From positions 1 through 48,463 of the forward strand of contig CANROH010000003.1 in NCBI GenBank assembly GCA_947632185.1: a stretch of DNA of 48,463 nucleotides. The letters are read 5' to 3'. Below the pieces are notes generated by a model. It made no database searches. It saw only the letters and a list, made by a program, of their open reading frames with translations, and was not told the origin of the DNA. The translations under genes were made by a program, and so were the position numbers. The DNA is from an uncultured Clostridia bacterium. GTDB taxonomy: Bacteria; Bacillota; Clostridia; TANB77; CAG-508. The first letter of the stretch is position 1. The number at the start of each line of letters is the position of its first letter. Shown one piece after another: positions 17,721 through 28,951 of the stretch.

Positions 17721-20523
17721 AATTCATGAATTAGCTAAAAAATTAGGAGTAGATACCAAGAAAGTTTTAGAAGTGGCACAGGAAGTTGGTATTGATGTAA
17801 AAAGCCATTTAAGTACTATCACAGAAGATGAAAAAAATAAAATTGAGAGATTAATTAAAGGAGTTGCAAAAACGAAATCTATGGAAAATAAAAAAGAAAA
17901 AAATGATGAACCAGTAATAATTAGAAGAGCAGTAATTATTAATGATGAAGAGGATAAAAAGGAAGAAGAAAGAAAAAAGAAAGAACAATCCAGAAAAAAA
18001 GATGTTGGATTTGTAGAAACTAAAAGAAATAAAGATTATAATATCGTTTATAGAGATAAACCAACAAAACCTCTTACTGTAAGTGAATTATTAGGCATTG
18101 CAAAGAAAAATGAACCAGAGGAAAAAAATGCGAAAAAAGTTATTCATGAGGAAAAAGAAATTACTGCAACTCCAAAAGTAAAAGAAAAAGTTTCTGAAGA
18201 GAAAAAAACAGAAACTTCTATTAGTAATGATTCTAATAAAAATGTACCTAAATTTGAAAATAAAAAGAATATTGATGCGGAACAAAATTCAAATAAAACA
18301 AATTATAGAGATAAAAAAGATAATAATGGGTATAATAAAAGAAACTTTGGTAATGAAAATCATTATAAAAATAATTTTAACAAAAAAGATACTAAATTTG
18401 AAAATAAAAACTTTAATAATCAAAAAAGAAGCTTTGATGATAGAGGAATAGATAAAAAAATTAAAAACATCATGGATGTTGATATTCCTATGGAAAAAGA
18501 AAATGTAAGAGATTATGGAAATAAAGTAAAAGATAAAGCAAGACAAAATAGACAAGAGCAGGAACAAAAAGTAAAAAGAAATAATCGTAAAAATTCTGGA
18601 AATGATTTTGATTCTGATAAATTAAATAATTTGAAAAAACAAAATAAATTATCTAATATGTTTAATGAAGGGGAAATGTTAGATTACTATGATTTAAGTA
18701 CAGAAAGAGGAAGAAGAAATAATAAGAAGAAAAATGCAAAACAAGAATCAAGAATGAAACAAAAAATATTCAAATTAACAGAAATAACAATTCCTGAAAG
18801 CATTACTGTTAAAGATTTAGCTACTGAAATGAAAATAACTAGTGGTGATGTAATTAAAAAATTATTGTCTTTAGGAATTATGGCAACAATAAATAATGAA
18901 CTTGACTTTGATACAGCATATCTAATTGCTCAAGAATATGGAATAACAGCTACAAAGAAAAATGTTGTAACTGATGAAGATATTTTAATTGATGAGACAG
19001 AAGATAAAGAAGAAGATTTACAACCTAGACCACCAGTTATTGTTGTTATGGAACACGTAGATCATGGAAAAACTTCTTTACTAGATGCAATAAGAAGTAC
19101 AAATGTAATTGAAGGAGAAGCAGGAGGAATTACACAACATATTGGAGCATACCAAGTTAAAATAAATGATAGAGATATAACTTTCTTGGATACACCAGGT
19201 CATGAAGCTTTTACAAGTATGAGAGCAAGAGGTGCTATGATAACTGATATTGCTATATTAGTTGTTGCAGCAAATGATGGTGTAATGCCTCAAACAGTTG
19301 AAGCTATAAATCATGCTAAAGCTGCTGGAATTCCAATAATAGTTGCTGTAAATAAAATGGATTTGCCTGATGCTAACTTTGAAAAGGTACAGCAAGAATT
19401 AATGAAATATGAATTAGTACCTGAAGAATGGGGAGGAAATACAATATATGTTCCAATTTCTGCAATGAAAAAAGAAGGTATAGATAATCTTCTAGAAATG
19501 GTATTATTGCAAGCTGATGTATTAGAGTTAAAAGCAAATCCTACAAAACAAGCTAAAGGTACTGTAATTGAAGCTAGACTTGATAAAACAAAAGGTCCTA
19601 TTGCTACAATGCTTGTACAAAGAGGAAAATTGGATGTTGGAGATACAATAATAGTTGGTTCTTCAATAGGTAGAATTAGAACAATGCAAAATGATAAAGG
19701 CAAAAAAGTTAAAAGTGCTGGACCTTCTATGCCAGTTGAAATAACAGGTTTAACTTCTGTTCCAGAATCTGGAGATACATTCTATGAAGTAAAAGATGAA
19801 AGAACAGCTAAACATTTAATCGAGAAGAGAAAGTATGAAAAACATCAAAAAGAAATTAATCAAAATAAAATTGTAACTCTTGATGATTTATTTAGTAAGA
19901 TAGAAAGTGAAAACTTAAAAGAATTAAATCTAATTGTTAAAGCAGATGTACAAGGTTCTGTTGAAGCTTTAAATCAATCTTTAGAAAAATTATCTAATTC
20001 AGAAGTTAAAGTTAAAGTAATTCATTCAAATGTTGGTGGAGTTACAGAATCTGATGTTAATCTTGCAAAAGTTTCAGGTGCAATTATAATTGCATTTAAT
20101 GTTAGACCTGAAGTTATAGCTAAAACAATTGCAGATAAAGATGGAGTAGAAATTAAACAATATTCTATAATTTACGATGCAATAAATGATGTAGAAGCAG
20201 CAATGAAAGGAATGCTAGATCCAGTTTATAAAGAAGTTGTTATTGGTACAGCTGAAATTAGACAAACATTTAAAGTGTCTAATGTTGGTACTATTGCAGG
20301 TTCTTATGTCTTAACAGGAAAAGTTGCAAGAAATGCAGGAATAAGAGTTATTAGAGATAATATTGTTATACATGATGGAAAATTAATATCATTAAAGAGA
20401 TTTAAAGATGATGTTAAAGAAGTTAATAAAGGATATGAATGTGGTCTTCAAATAGATGGATTTAATGATATTAAAGAAGGAGATCAATTAGAAGTATATG
20501 TTATGGAGCAAGTAAAACAATAA
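17707..20523 (+). CDS. infB: Translation initiation factor IF-2 (P-loop reads EHVDHGKT)
   Basis: [48 protein letters not shown]. Probable TTG start at 17707 after GGAGGTG. Confidence 0.97.
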   Translation: MEKIKIHELAKKLGVDTKKVLEVAQEVGIDVKSHLSTITEDEKNKIERLIKGVAKTKSMENKKEKNDEPVIIRRAVIINDEEDKKEEERKKKEQSRKKDVGFVETKRNKDYNIVYRDKPTKPLTVSELLGIAKKNEPEEKNAKKVIHEEKEITATPKVKEKVSEEKKTETSISNDSNKNVPKFENKKNIDAEQNSNKTNYRDKKDNNGYNKRNFGNENHYKNNFNKKDTKFENKNFNNQKRSFDDRGIDKKIKNIMDVDIPMEKENVRDYGNKVKDKARQNRQEQEQKVKRNNRKNSGNDFDSDKLNNLKKQNKLSNMFNEGEMLDYYDLSTERGRRNNKKKNAKQESRMKQKIFKLTEITIPESITVKDLATEMKITSGDVIKKLLSLGIMATINNELDFDTAYLIAQEYGITATKKNVVTDEDILIDETEDKEEDLQPRPPVIVVMEHVDHGKTSLLDAIRSTNVIEGEAGGITQHIGAYQVKINDRDITFLDTPGHEAFTSMRARGAMITDIAILVVAANDGVMPQTVEAINHAKAAGIPIIVAVNKMDLPDANFEKVQQELMKYELVPEEWGGNTIYVPISAMKKEGIDNLLEMVLLQADVLELKANPTKQAKGTVIEARLDKTKGPIATMLVQRGKLDVGDTIIVGSSIGRIRTMQNDKGKKVKSAGPSMPVEITGLTSVPESGDTFYEVKDERTAKHLIEKRKYEKHQKEINQNKIVTLDDLFSKIESENLKELNLIVKADVQGSVEALNQSLEKLSNSEVKVKVIHSNVGGVTESDVNLAKVSGAIIIAFNVRPEVIAKTIADKDGVEIKQYSIIYDAINDVEAAMKGMLDPVYKEVVIGTAEIRQTFKVSNVGTIAGSYVLTGKVARNAGIRVIRDNIVIHDGKLISLKRFKDDVKEVNKGYECGLQIDGFNDIKEGDQLEVYVMEQVKQ

Positions 20524-20584
20524 TTATTAAAAATTGCTTCTCCTAAAAATTGAATATATAAATTATAATAGAAAGGATAATTCT

Positions 20585-20950
20585 ATGGCAAGTAATAGTA
20601 ACAGAATGAATAAAATAGATGAAGAGTTAAAAAAAGAAATTAGTAATATAATTTCTTTGGAACTCAAAAATCCTCATCTTACGGGCTTAATTAGTGTAAC
20701 TAGAGTTAAAACTACACCAGATCTTAGATTTGCAAAAGTGTATGTAAGTATGATTAATGAAAAAAGTAAAAAAGAAAATTTAGCTATACTAAAACAATCT
20801 AGTGGATTTATTAGAAGCAGTATTGCTAAAAAGGTTAATTTAAGATATACGCCAGAACTTATTTTTGAATTTGATGAATCTTTAGAATATGGTTCTAGAA
20901 TCGATGAGATTTTAAAAAATATTACAAAAGATTTAAAAAAAGAACAATAG
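20585..20950 (+). CDS. rbfA: 30S ribosome-binding factor A
   Basis: DLRFAKVYVS, GFIRS, LRYTPELIFEFDESLEYGSRI; ATG 20585 after GAAAGGA. Confidence 0.95.
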   Translation: MASNSNRMNKIDEELKKEISNIISLELKNPHLTGLISVTRVKTTPDLRFAKVYVSMINEKSKKENLAILKQSSGFIRSSIAKKVNLRYTPELIFEFDESLEYGSRIDEILKNITKDLKKEQ

Positions 20951-20980
20951 AAAAGCATATTGAAAGGGGATAAAATATAA

Positions 20981-21934
20981 ATGACATTAGATGAAATATT
21001 AGTAGAAATAAAAAAAGCAGAAAATATAATTGTTATAGCTCATGAAGCACCAGACGGCGATGCTATAGGAAGTAGTTTGGCAATGTGCTTAGCATTAAGA
21101 AATATGAAGAAAAATGCTTTTATTTTAATGAAAGATTTTCCAGAAAATTTTAATTTTTTAGATGGGCGAGAATATATTATATCACATTCTGAAATTGAAA
21201 AATATGATTTAGCAATAGTTCTAGATTGTCAAAATATAAAAAGGATAAATGCAGAATTTATAGAATATTTTGAAAATGCTAAAGTTAAAGTAGAAATAGA
21301 TCATCATAGCAGAAATGATATGTTTGCAGATTACAATGTTGTAAATCATGTTTCACCAGCAACAGCTCAGATTTTAGTGTCAAGTTTTGAGTATTTAGGA
21401 ATAGAAATTACTAAAGAAATTGGAACTTGTTTATTAACAGGAATTATAACTGATACTAATGGTTTTAGAAATAGTAATGTTACTATTGAATCTTTTGAAT
21501 ATGCATCTTGGTGTTTAGAAAAAGGAATTAATCTTCCAAATGTATATAAACAATCTATGCTTACACTATCAAAGGCCAAGTTTGAAGCACAAAAACTTGC
21601 AATGAATAGATTAGAATTTTTACATGATGGAAAGATTGCCTTTACATATATGACAAAAGCAGACGAAGCTGAAATTGGAATTAAAACAGGAGAAAAAGAT
21701 GGCATTGTTGAAATAGGTAGAAGTGTGGAAGGTGTAGAAGTTTCTATTTTCTTATATGAACAAGAAGTCGGATATAAAGCATCACTTAGATCTAATGAAT
21801 ATGTAAATGTTGCAGAAATTTGTTTAACTTTTGGTGGAGGTGGGCACATTAAAGCTGCCGGTGCTAATATGAATATGAGTTTTGAAGAAGCTAAAAATGC
21901 TATTATTTCAGAGGTCGTAAAACATTTAAAATAA
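20981..21934 (+). CDS. nrnA: DHH family bifunctional oligoribonuclease/PAP phosphatase
   Basis: HEAPDGDAIGS, IDHH, TDTNGF, SLRS, GGGGHIKAAG; follows rbfA. Confidence 0.9.
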   Translation: MTLDEILVEIKKAENIIVIAHEAPDGDAIGSSLAMCLALRNMKKNAFILMKDFPENFNFLDGREYIISHSEIEKYDLAIVLDCQNIKRINAEFIEYFENAKVKVEIDHHSRNDMFADYNVVNHVSPATAQILVSSFEYLGIEITKEIGTCLLTGIITDTNGFRNSNVTIESFEYASWCLEKGINLPNVYKQSMLTLSKAKFEAQKLAMNRLEFLHDGKIAFTYMTKADEAEIGIKTGEKDGIVEIGRSVEGVEVSIFLYEQEVGYKASLRSNEYVNVAEICLTFGGGGHIKAAGANMNMSFEEAKNAIISEVVKHLK

Positions 21935-21959
21935 ATTTTATAAAGTAAAATGATAAAAC

Positions 21960-21992
21960 AAAACCTAATATTTTTATAATATTAGGTTTTTT
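21960..21992. terminator. Bidirectional terminator between nrnA and srtB
   Basis: AAAACCTAATATT / AATATTAGGTTTT inverted repeat between convergent genes. Confidence 0.75.
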
Positions 21993-21995
21993 ATA

Positions 21996-22850
21996 TTAAT
22001 ATTTTATTGATTTTGCTTGAATTATAATTCTATATTGATTATTATTTGCACAAGTATATACTGTTAAAATATTATCAGCAGGTGTAATTTCCATATTAAA
22101 ATCATATACAGATTTTTCTAATGAGCTATTTATAAAATTTTGAAACTGTTCATCTGATTGAAATTCAGTTGTACTATCAAATTCTGAAGATGGTATCTTA
22201 TAAATCGAAAATATTTGATATTTATATGTTGTTTGAGGAGTATATAATGTGATGTACTGATTTTCTTCATTACTGTACCAAGATTTTTCTAATGCATTAT
22301 TTAAAGAAGAAAACATACTACCATTTCTACGATTATGTCCATATATAATAATATTTTTATCTGTACCATCAAATTTATTTCTATAATCTGCAAAAATCCA
22401 TCCAGCAGAATTATATTCTTTGTTAAAATTATGTTTTAAATAATAATTATTGTCTTGAGATTTTACAACAGGAAAATCAACCTTTGTATTATTTATTTTA
22501 ATCCAAGCAACTGTATCTGAATTAGTATTTAGTAAATTAGAAAAATCTAATAAATAATTTTCATTTTGAGAATTTGAAGTGTTTTCTTCAATATTTGTAT
22601 TTTCATTTGGAATATTATTAACTTCATCTATATTATTGTCAGTTTTATCTTTAGTAGGATTTGGTACTTCTGGAATATTTACTTGAGAAGTAAGTTCATC
22701 TATTATTTTGTTATTAGCTTTATTTTCTAGATTCCATTTATATAAAAAGTATAGTGCAATAACTATAATTATTACAGATATAATTCTAAAAATTATAATT
22801 GGAATAGAATAATTATGTTCTTTAAAACTTGTAAATTTAAGATTCTTCAT
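21996..22850 (-). CDS. srtB: Class B sortase
   Basis: Protein reads only from the reverse complement: plus strand shows TTA at 21996 and CAT at 22848-22850, with minus-strand RBS GGAGG. The ORF track's '+' label is wrong. Motifs DTVAWIKI, DNNYYLKH, IIYGHN, TVYTC, RIIIQA. Confidence 0.9.
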   Translation of the reverse strand: MKNLKFTSFKEHNYSIPIIIFRIISVIIIVIALYFLYKWNLENKANNKIIDELTSQVNIPEVPNPTKDKTDNNIDEVNNIPNENTNIEENTSNSQNENYLLDFSNLLNTNSDTVAWIKINNTKVDFPVVKSQDNNYYLKHNFNKEYNSAGWIFADYRNKFDGTDKNIIIYGHNRRNGSMFSSLNNALEKSWYSNEENQYITLYTPQTTYKYQIFSIYKIPSSEFDSTTEFQSDEQFQNFINSSLEKSVYDFNMEITPADNILTVYTCANNNQYRIIIQAKSIKY

Positions 22851-23018
22851 TTGTAATACCTCCGACATATAAATTATATCATATAAATTTTGTAAGTAAA
22901 TAAAAATTTAAAAATGTATTTATTTAAAAAATTAGTTGTGATATATTTAAAAAAGATATTTTAATATGCTAATTTATACATATTAAAAATTATTTTTAAT
23001 ATTAATTGGAGAATTATT

Positions 23019-24017
23019 ATGAGATTAAATTTTACAAATGAGTATTATAGGAATAAAGCAATGCAACTATCAGAAAATAAAAAAGTTGTCACTCATTCAA
23101 TTCAAGATGCTTTTTTTATTTTAATAAAAGATATTGAATTAGAATGCTTATCAAATTTATGTATAATGATACAAGAATATTTCAAATCTTATAATCTATC
23201 TATCGAAAACTGTTATCAATTAACGCAAGGAAATGATAATTCAAAAATAAAATTAGACGATAAGATTAAAATAATTATATTAAAACTTGCTTATAATTGT
23301 ATTGAAAGTGGAAAATATTTAGGAGACCAAATAATACCTGAAAGTAATATAAATGCAAGCTCATGGATTTCTCATTCGATGTTTGAAGGAAAGCTTGCTG
23401 GGCAGTTAGCTATGATGTATAAACTTGATTCACAACAAGCAGTAATACAAGGATTGTTACATGATTATGGTAGGAAAAAAATTCACGATTTTATGCATGT
23501 TATCATTGGATTTGAAAATTTGGTTGATTTAGGTTGGGAGGCAGAAGCAATAGCATGTTTAACTCATTCTTTTTTGAATGGTGGAAGATGTGCAACTAAT
23601 GATCAAGCGTTAGACGGCTTTTTTATAGATTCATATGGAAATCCTAAATGGAAAGAAGGAACTATAAAAGATGATATTACGATTTTTTTGGAAAAATATA
23701 AATTTACAAAGTATGATATTATTTTAAATATATCTGATTTAATGGCAAAATCAAATGGAATTGTTTCACCATATGAGAGAATTAAAGATATTGAATCTAG
23801 GAGAATATTAGATAGAAATAATAGAGTTTATTTTTTGTCGGAATTTTCAAATGTATTAATTAACTTCTTAAAAGATATAAATATTAATTTACCTAAAGAA
23901 TTTGAAAAAGAAATAAAACCAACTCAAGATTTATCTTTAGATGATATAACTAAAAAATTTAAAAAAATATCAGATTTATTTTTTGAGATTTATTCGAGCT
24001 TTTATCCTATTAATTGA
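23019..24017 (+). CDS. HD-domain protein
   Basis: WISHS...GLLHDYG...H...CLTHS...ISDL metal-ligand pattern. Confidence 0.75.
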   Translation: MRLNFTNEYYRNKAMQLSENKKVVTHSIQDAFFILIKDIELECLSNLCIMIQEYFKSYNLSIENCYQLTQGNDNSKIKLDDKIKIIILKLAYNCIESGKYLGDQIIPESNINASSWISHSMFEGKLAGQLAMMYKLDSQQAVIQGLLHDYGRKKIHDFMHVIIGFENLVDLGWEAEAIACLTHSFLNGGRCATNDQALDGFFIDSYGNPKWKEGTIKDDITIFLEKYKFTKYDIILNISDLMAKSNGIVSPYERIKDIESRRILDRNNRVYFLSEFSNVLINFLKDININLPKEFEKEIKPTQDLSLDDITKKFKKISDLFFEIYSSFYPIN

Positions 24018-24116
24018 TTAATTTCTACAAATTATATAGATAAAATATAGACAAAAATATTTTTTTCGTATAAAATATATAATATCAATTTAATTAAACA
24101 GGAAAGGATAAACTAA

Positions 24117-25325
24117 ATGAGAAATAGTACAATAGATAAAGAAATAGATGTTAATTTAGATGAAAACTCTACTAAAGTAGAAGATATTAATGATTTAAGT
24201 AGAAAAAATAAAAAATCAAGAATAGAAAAAAAAGCAGAATTAAAAAAAGAGCATAATTTTTCCGGAATATTTAGTAAAATTTTTACAGTATTATTTTCAT
24301 TAGGAACTATAGGAATAGTAATTGTTTTATTTTTATTATATGGCCCATATATAGGTTTTAGAGAATGGCTTGTAACTACAGCTATGACAACAATGACACA
24401 TCAATATTTTGCAACTTGGTTTTATGACGAAGAAACAATTGATTACATATTAGATAAAAATAAAGTTATTGAAACAAATGAAACTACTGATGTAAATGCT
24501 ATTAATACAGAATTAGCCTCAAATAAAGTTGAATATGAAAATGAATATGAAAGACAAATTTTAGAAAGAGATGAAGCTAATGATGATTATAAAATTATAG
24601 AAATTTCTGATAAAAAATTTGATGGATATTTGGTAGCTGTTTATGATCCATCAAGAGTACATACTGTTGTTACAAAAAATTTAGGAGTTTCTGGTCAATA
24701 TTTAACTACAATGGCAAAAAATAATGATGCTTTAATTGCTATTAATGGAGGTGGATTTGTAGATCCTAATTTTAGTAGTACAGGAGGCTCACCTTTAGGA
24801 ATTACTGTTTCAAATGGACAATATGTTACTACGAGTTCTTATGCAGGTTCTGGGGGAATAATTGGATTTACAGAAGATAATAAGTTAGTATTAGGTAAAA
24901 TGTCTTTATCTAAAGCAAAACAACAAGGAATTCGAGATGCAGTTACTTTTGGACCTTTTTTAATAGTAAATGGTAAAGCATCAGAAGTATTAGGTAATGG
25001 CGGTTGGGGAAAAGCACCTAGAACAGCTATAGCTCAAAGACAAGATGGTATAGTATTGTTTTTAGTATTAGATGGAAGAACAACATCAAAACCTGGTGCA
25101 GATATGAATGATTTAATAGAAATATTAGAAAATTATGGAGCTGTAAATGCAGCAAACTTGGATGGAGGAACATCTAGTGTTTTAGTTGTAAATGGAACTA
25201 TAGTAAATGACCCAATTGATAGTACAGGAGCACATAAAACAAGACCTATTGCAACTGGATTTATATTAAGTAAAGATGATAGTGATGATAGTGATCACTC
25301 TGTTGTTGAAGAAAAAATAAAATAA
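24117..25325 (+). CDS. Phosphodiester glycosidase (NAGPA-type) family membrane protein
   Basis: AINGGGF, FGPFLIVNG, PRTAIAQ, DGR, AANLDGGTSS; N-terminal TM helix. Confidence 0.85.
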   Translation: MRNSTIDKEIDVNLDENSTKVEDINDLSRKNKKSRIEKKAELKKEHNFSGIFSKIFTVLFSLGTIGIVIVLFLLYGPYIGFREWLVTTAMTTMTHQYFATWFYDEETIDYILDKNKVIETNETTDVNAINTELASNKVEYENEYERQILERDEANDDYKIIEISDKKFDGYLVAVYDPSRVHTVVTKNLGVSGQYLTTMAKNNDALIAINGGGFVDPNFSSTGGSPLGITVSNGQYVTTSSYAGSGGIIGFTEDNKLVLGKMSLSKAKQQGIRDAVTFGPFLIVNGKASEVLGNGGWGKAPRTAIAQRQDGIVLFLVLDGRTTSKPGADMNDLIEILENYGAVNAANLDGGTSSVLVVNGTIVNDPIDSTGAHKTRPIATGFILSKDDSDDSDHSVVEEKIK

Positions 25326-25328
25326 GTT

Positions 25329-25390
25329 AAAAAGGAAAAGTAGAAAATTTATTCTACTTTTCTTTTTTATATTCTACTTTTCTTTTTTAT
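25329..25390 (+). terminator. Intrinsic terminator with tandemly duplicated 3' arm
   Basis: GAAAAGTAGAA / TTCTACTTTTC hairpin with T tail. ATTCTACTTTTCTTTTTTAT occurs twice (25351-25370, 25371-25390). Confidence 0.75.
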
Positions 25391-25471
25391 ACAAATTATT
25401 GATTTATAAATCTATTTACAATATAATATAAATGAATTTTAAATTTTAAAAAATATTTTGAGGAAATTTAT

Positions 25472-26974
25472 ATGCCAGATTTTCAAATATTTAAAGGTAA
25501 TAATAAAAAAATTTTAAAAATGTTTAAACATGATAGTATTGTATTGCTTTTTGTGATATTTCTTGCAATATTTATAGGAATATTGATTGCAGGTAGTATA
25601 ATGTTTTATTCAAATCAACAAAATAGTAATACTATACAATCAGGAGTCTTTATTAAAGGTATTAACGTTTCTGGTTTAACAAAACAGGAAGCTATAAAAT
25701 TAGTGACAAATGAATTACATAAACAAATGAATGACCACCTTGAATTGACTTATAAGAATTATAATTATTATCTTGAAGTTGAACAAATCGAAGCTAAATT
25801 TGATATTGAATCTTCTGTAAATTATGCACTTAATATTGCAAAAACAGGAAATTTTTTAAATGATATGGAAAAATATATTTTAGTACTTACAGCAAATATA
25901 AATATAGAACCAGTACTAACATATAATGAAAATGCATTAATTTCATATTTAGAAACAATCCAAGCTAATTTACCAGATCAAGTACAGCAATATGGCTATT
26001 ATATTGAAGATGATGAACTTATTATAACAAATGGTTCTAATGGTGTAGAAATTAGTGTAGATGATTTAAAAAATATTATTATCGAATCAATTCAAGATAT
26101 TAGTTATTCTAATGAATACATTCAAATTCCAACACATGTAAAATATCCTGATCCTATAAATGTAGAATCAATACATAGTGACGTCTATAGAGAAGTTCAA
26201 AATGCGTATTTTACAACTGAACCATATGCAGTTTTTCCAGATGTTACAGGAGTCGATTTTGATATTGATAAAGCTAAAGAAATAATAGAAAATAATCCAG
26301 AAGCAGAAGAATATGCAATTGAATTAAATTATAAAAAAGCAGACATTACAGTAAATGATTTAGGAAAGGAAGCTTTTCCTGATTTAGTGGGCTCATATAT
26401 AACAAAATATAATGCTAGAGATACTGATAGAACTACAAATTTAAGATTAGCTGCCGAGAAAATAAATGGAACTGTTGTAATGCCAGGTGAAATTTTTTCT
26501 TATAATAAAGTAGTTGGAAAAAGAACTATAGAAGCTGGATATAAAGAAGCTCCTATTTATCAAGATGGTGGAGTTACTGATGGATTAGGTGGAGGAATTT
26601 GCCAAATATCTACAACTTTATATAATGCAGCAATAGAAGCAAATATGGAAATTGAGCAAAGAAGAAATCATATGTTTGTACCATCATATGCAGAAGCAGG
26701 AAAGGATGCTACTGTTGTTTGGGGGTCTACAGATTTTCAATTTAAAAATAGAAGAGATTATCCGATTAAAATTGAAGCTCAAGTAACTGGAGGAATAGCA
26801 TCAGTAAAGATATATGGGCTTCATATGGAAGATGAATATGAACTTTTTATTGATACTAAAACAATAAAATCAACAAGTACATCTTTGGTAGTAGAATCTT
26901 ATAGAGCATATAGAAGAGATGGTAAAATTGTAAAAAGAGATAAATTATATACAGATACATATAAAGTACATTGA
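25472..26974 (+). CDS. VanW family protein with peptidoglycan-binding region
   Basis: RTTNLRLAAEKINGTVVMPGEIFSYNKVVG, GGGICQISTTLYNA, GKDATV; N-terminal TM. Confidence 0.9.
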   Translation: MPDFQIFKGNNKKILKMFKHDSIVLLFVIFLAIFIGILIAGSIMFYSNQQNSNTIQSGVFIKGINVSGLTKQEAIKLVTNELHKQMNDHLELTYKNYNYYLEVEQIEAKFDIESSVNYALNIAKTGNFLNDMEKYILVLTANINIEPVLTYNENALISYLETIQANLPDQVQQYGYYIEDDELIITNGSNGVEISVDDLKNIIIESIQDISYSNEYIQIPTHVKYPDPINVESIHSDVYREVQNAYFTTEPYAVFPDVTGVDFDIDKAKEIIENNPEAEEYAIELNYKKADITVNDLGKEAFPDLVGSYITKYNARDTDRTTNLRLAAEKINGTVVMPGEIFSYNKVVGKRTIEAGYKEAPIYQDGGVTDGLGGGICQISTTLYNAAIEANMEIEQRRNHMFVPSYAEAGKDATVVWGSTDFQFKNRRDYPIKIEAQVTGGIASVKIYGLHMEDEYELFIDTKTIKSTSTSLVVESYRAYRRDGKIVKRDKLYTDTYKVH

Positions 26975-27028
26975 TAAATTTGTTATGAATTATTAAATTG
27001 AAAGGATTTATAAAAATAAAATTTCAAG

Positions 27029-27682
27029 ATGAGAATAAGAAGAAAAAAATGGGCAAAACAAGAATTAGAAAATTCTAAATTTTATATTGATAATCCATTT
27101 GAATTAAAAGGAAAATGGAATGAAATGTTTCCTAAAAAACAGCCTCTTCATATTGAAATTGGTTGTGGAAAAGGGTTATTTATATCTACATTAGCTACAA
27201 AAAATAAAAATATAAATTATATTGCTATTGATATGATTGAAGCAATGCTGGGACTTTCTAAAAGAAATATAGAAAAAGCTTATAATTTTACTTATCCAGA
27301 AAATCTATTATTAATTAGAGCAAATGCAGAAAGAATATCAGAAGTTTTTGATAAAAAAGATACTGTAGAGAGAATATATATAAATTTTTGTAATCCATGG
27401 CCTAAGAAAAAACATAATAAAAAAAGATTAACTCATATAAGACAATTAAAATTATATGAAGGATTTATTGTGCCAAATGGAGAATTATATTTTAAGACAG
27501 ATTCTGATGAATTATTTGAAGATAGCCTTAAATATTTAGCTGAATCAAATTTTAAAATAATTTCAAAAACATATGATTTACATAATGAACCAATATTTGG
27601 TGAAAATATTATGACAGAACATGAAAAAATGTTTTCAGAAGAAGGAATAAAAATAAAGGCATTAATTGCTAAAATGGGATAG
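27029..27682 (+). CDS. trmB: tRNA (guanine-N7)-methyltransferase
   Basis: MRIRRKKWA, HIEIGCGKG, NFCNPWPKKKHNKKRLT, FKTD, TEHE. Confidence 0.95.
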   Translation: MRIRRKKWAKQELENSKFYIDNPFELKGKWNEMFPKKQPLHIEIGCGKGLFISTLATKNKNINYIAIDMIEAMLGLSKRNIEKAYNFTYPENLLLIRANAERISEVFDKKDTVERIYINFCNPWPKKKHNKKRLTHIRQLKLYEGFIVPNGELYFKTDSDELFEDSLKYLAESNFKIISKTYDLHNEPIFGENIMTEHEKMFSEEGIKIKALIAKMG

Positions 27683-27796
27683 TTTTCTTATAAAAAAATT
27701 AACTATGTTATTTAACTTTAAGGTAATTTAATTTAATTTTATTTTAAGGTTATATATATAAAATCATTTAAAATATTATAAAGGAGGGAAAAGACT

Positions 27797-28951
27797 TTGA
27801 TACAGGTCAAAAATGTTACTAAAAGATATGGCAATTTCTATGCAGTTAGAAATATTAATTTCGAAGTCAAAGACGGTGAAATAGTTGGATTTCTCGGACG
27901 TAATGGAGCTGGAAAATCTACTACTATGAACATGATTACAGGTTTTATAGAACCTACAGAAGGCGAAATAATTATAAATGGTTATGATATTGATCAAAAG
28001 CCAAAAAAAGTTAAATCTCAAATTGGATATATGCCAGAAGGTACACCATTATACAGTGATTTAACAGTAAAAGAATTTATAAATTATATGGCTGAATTAA
28101 AATTAGTACCAAGGAAAAATCGTAAGGAAGCAGTAAAAAATGCTATAGAAGAGACTGGTCTAGAAAAAGTCCAAAATAATTTAACAAAAAGTTTATCTAG
28201 AGGATATAAACAAAGAGTTAGCATGGCGGGAGCCATAGTTGGAAATCCTAAAATATTAATATTAGACGAGCCAACAGTTGGACTTGATCCAAAACAGGTA
28301 ATAGAAATAAGAGAATTAATAAAATCATTTAGAAAAAATCATACAGTATTAATAAGTTCTCATATACTTTCAGAAATAAGTCAAATATGTGAAAAAGTTA
28401 TAATAATAGATAAAGGTGAAATAGTAGCTGTTGATACTCCAGAAAATCTAGAAACAAAAACTGCTGATAATACTACTTTAAATATAATTGTTGATGATAT
28501 AAATAATAAATTTACATCAATTAAAGATGAAATTCCTGAAATTACTGATATTAAATTAGTTAAAGAAAATGATGATAATAGTAAGGAATATACTATTGAA
28601 ACTAATACAAGTGATGATATTAGAAAATTAATTTTTTCAAATTGTGCTAAAAATAATATAACGATTTTAGAGATGAAAAAGTCAGAATCTTCACTTGAAT
28701 CTGCTTTTATTAAGCTTGTTGAAAATAGAAAAGAATATAGCCAAAAAGAAATTAATAAAATGCAATATGAAAAAGAGATTGAAGAGTTAAGAGAAGAAGA
28801 AAAATTTAATAAAGAAGAAAAGGAAAAGAAGAAAATAGCTAAAAAAGAAGCTAAGGCTCGTAAAAAAGTTGCTAAAGAAGCTAAAGCTGAAGCTAAAAAA
28901 AATAAAAAAGCTGAAAAGAATAATGACCAAAAAGAAGGAGGGAATAAATAA
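27797..28951 (+). CDS. ABC transporter ATP-binding protein (GldA-like)
   Basis: GRNGAGKST, LSRGYKQRV, ILDEPTVGLDP, SSH; TTG start after AGGAGG. Confidence 0.9.
   Translation: MIQVKNVTKRYGNFYAVRNINFEVKDGEIVGFLGRNGAGKSTTMNMITGFIEPTEGEIIINGYDIDQKPKKVKSQIGYMPEGTPLYSDLTVKEFINYMAELKLVPRKNRKEAVKNAIEETGLEKVQNNLTKSLSRGYKQRVSMAGAIVGNPKILILDEPTVGLDPKQVIEIRELIKSFRKNHTVLISSHILSEISQICEKVIIIDKGEIVAVDTPENLETKTADNTTLNIIVDDINNKFTSIKDEIPEITDIKLVKENDDNSKEYTIETNTSDDIRKLIFSNCAKNNITILEMKKSESSLESAFIKLVENRKEYSQKEINKMQYEKEIEELREEEKFNKEEKEKKKIAKKEAKARKKVAKEAKAEAKKNKKAEKNNDQKEGGNK

Noticed and set aside
21996-22868. ORF track lists the sortase ORF on the + strand
   Set aside because: The + strand begins TTAATATTTTATTGA and ends GACAT. 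The listed protein is the reverse-complement translation, so the gene is on the - strand, with a likely start at 22850.
25472-26974. VanW as evidence of a vancomycin resistance cluster
   Set aside because: There is no van ligase, vanH/X or vanRS nearby. Stand-alone VanW-domain proteins are common in Clostridia.
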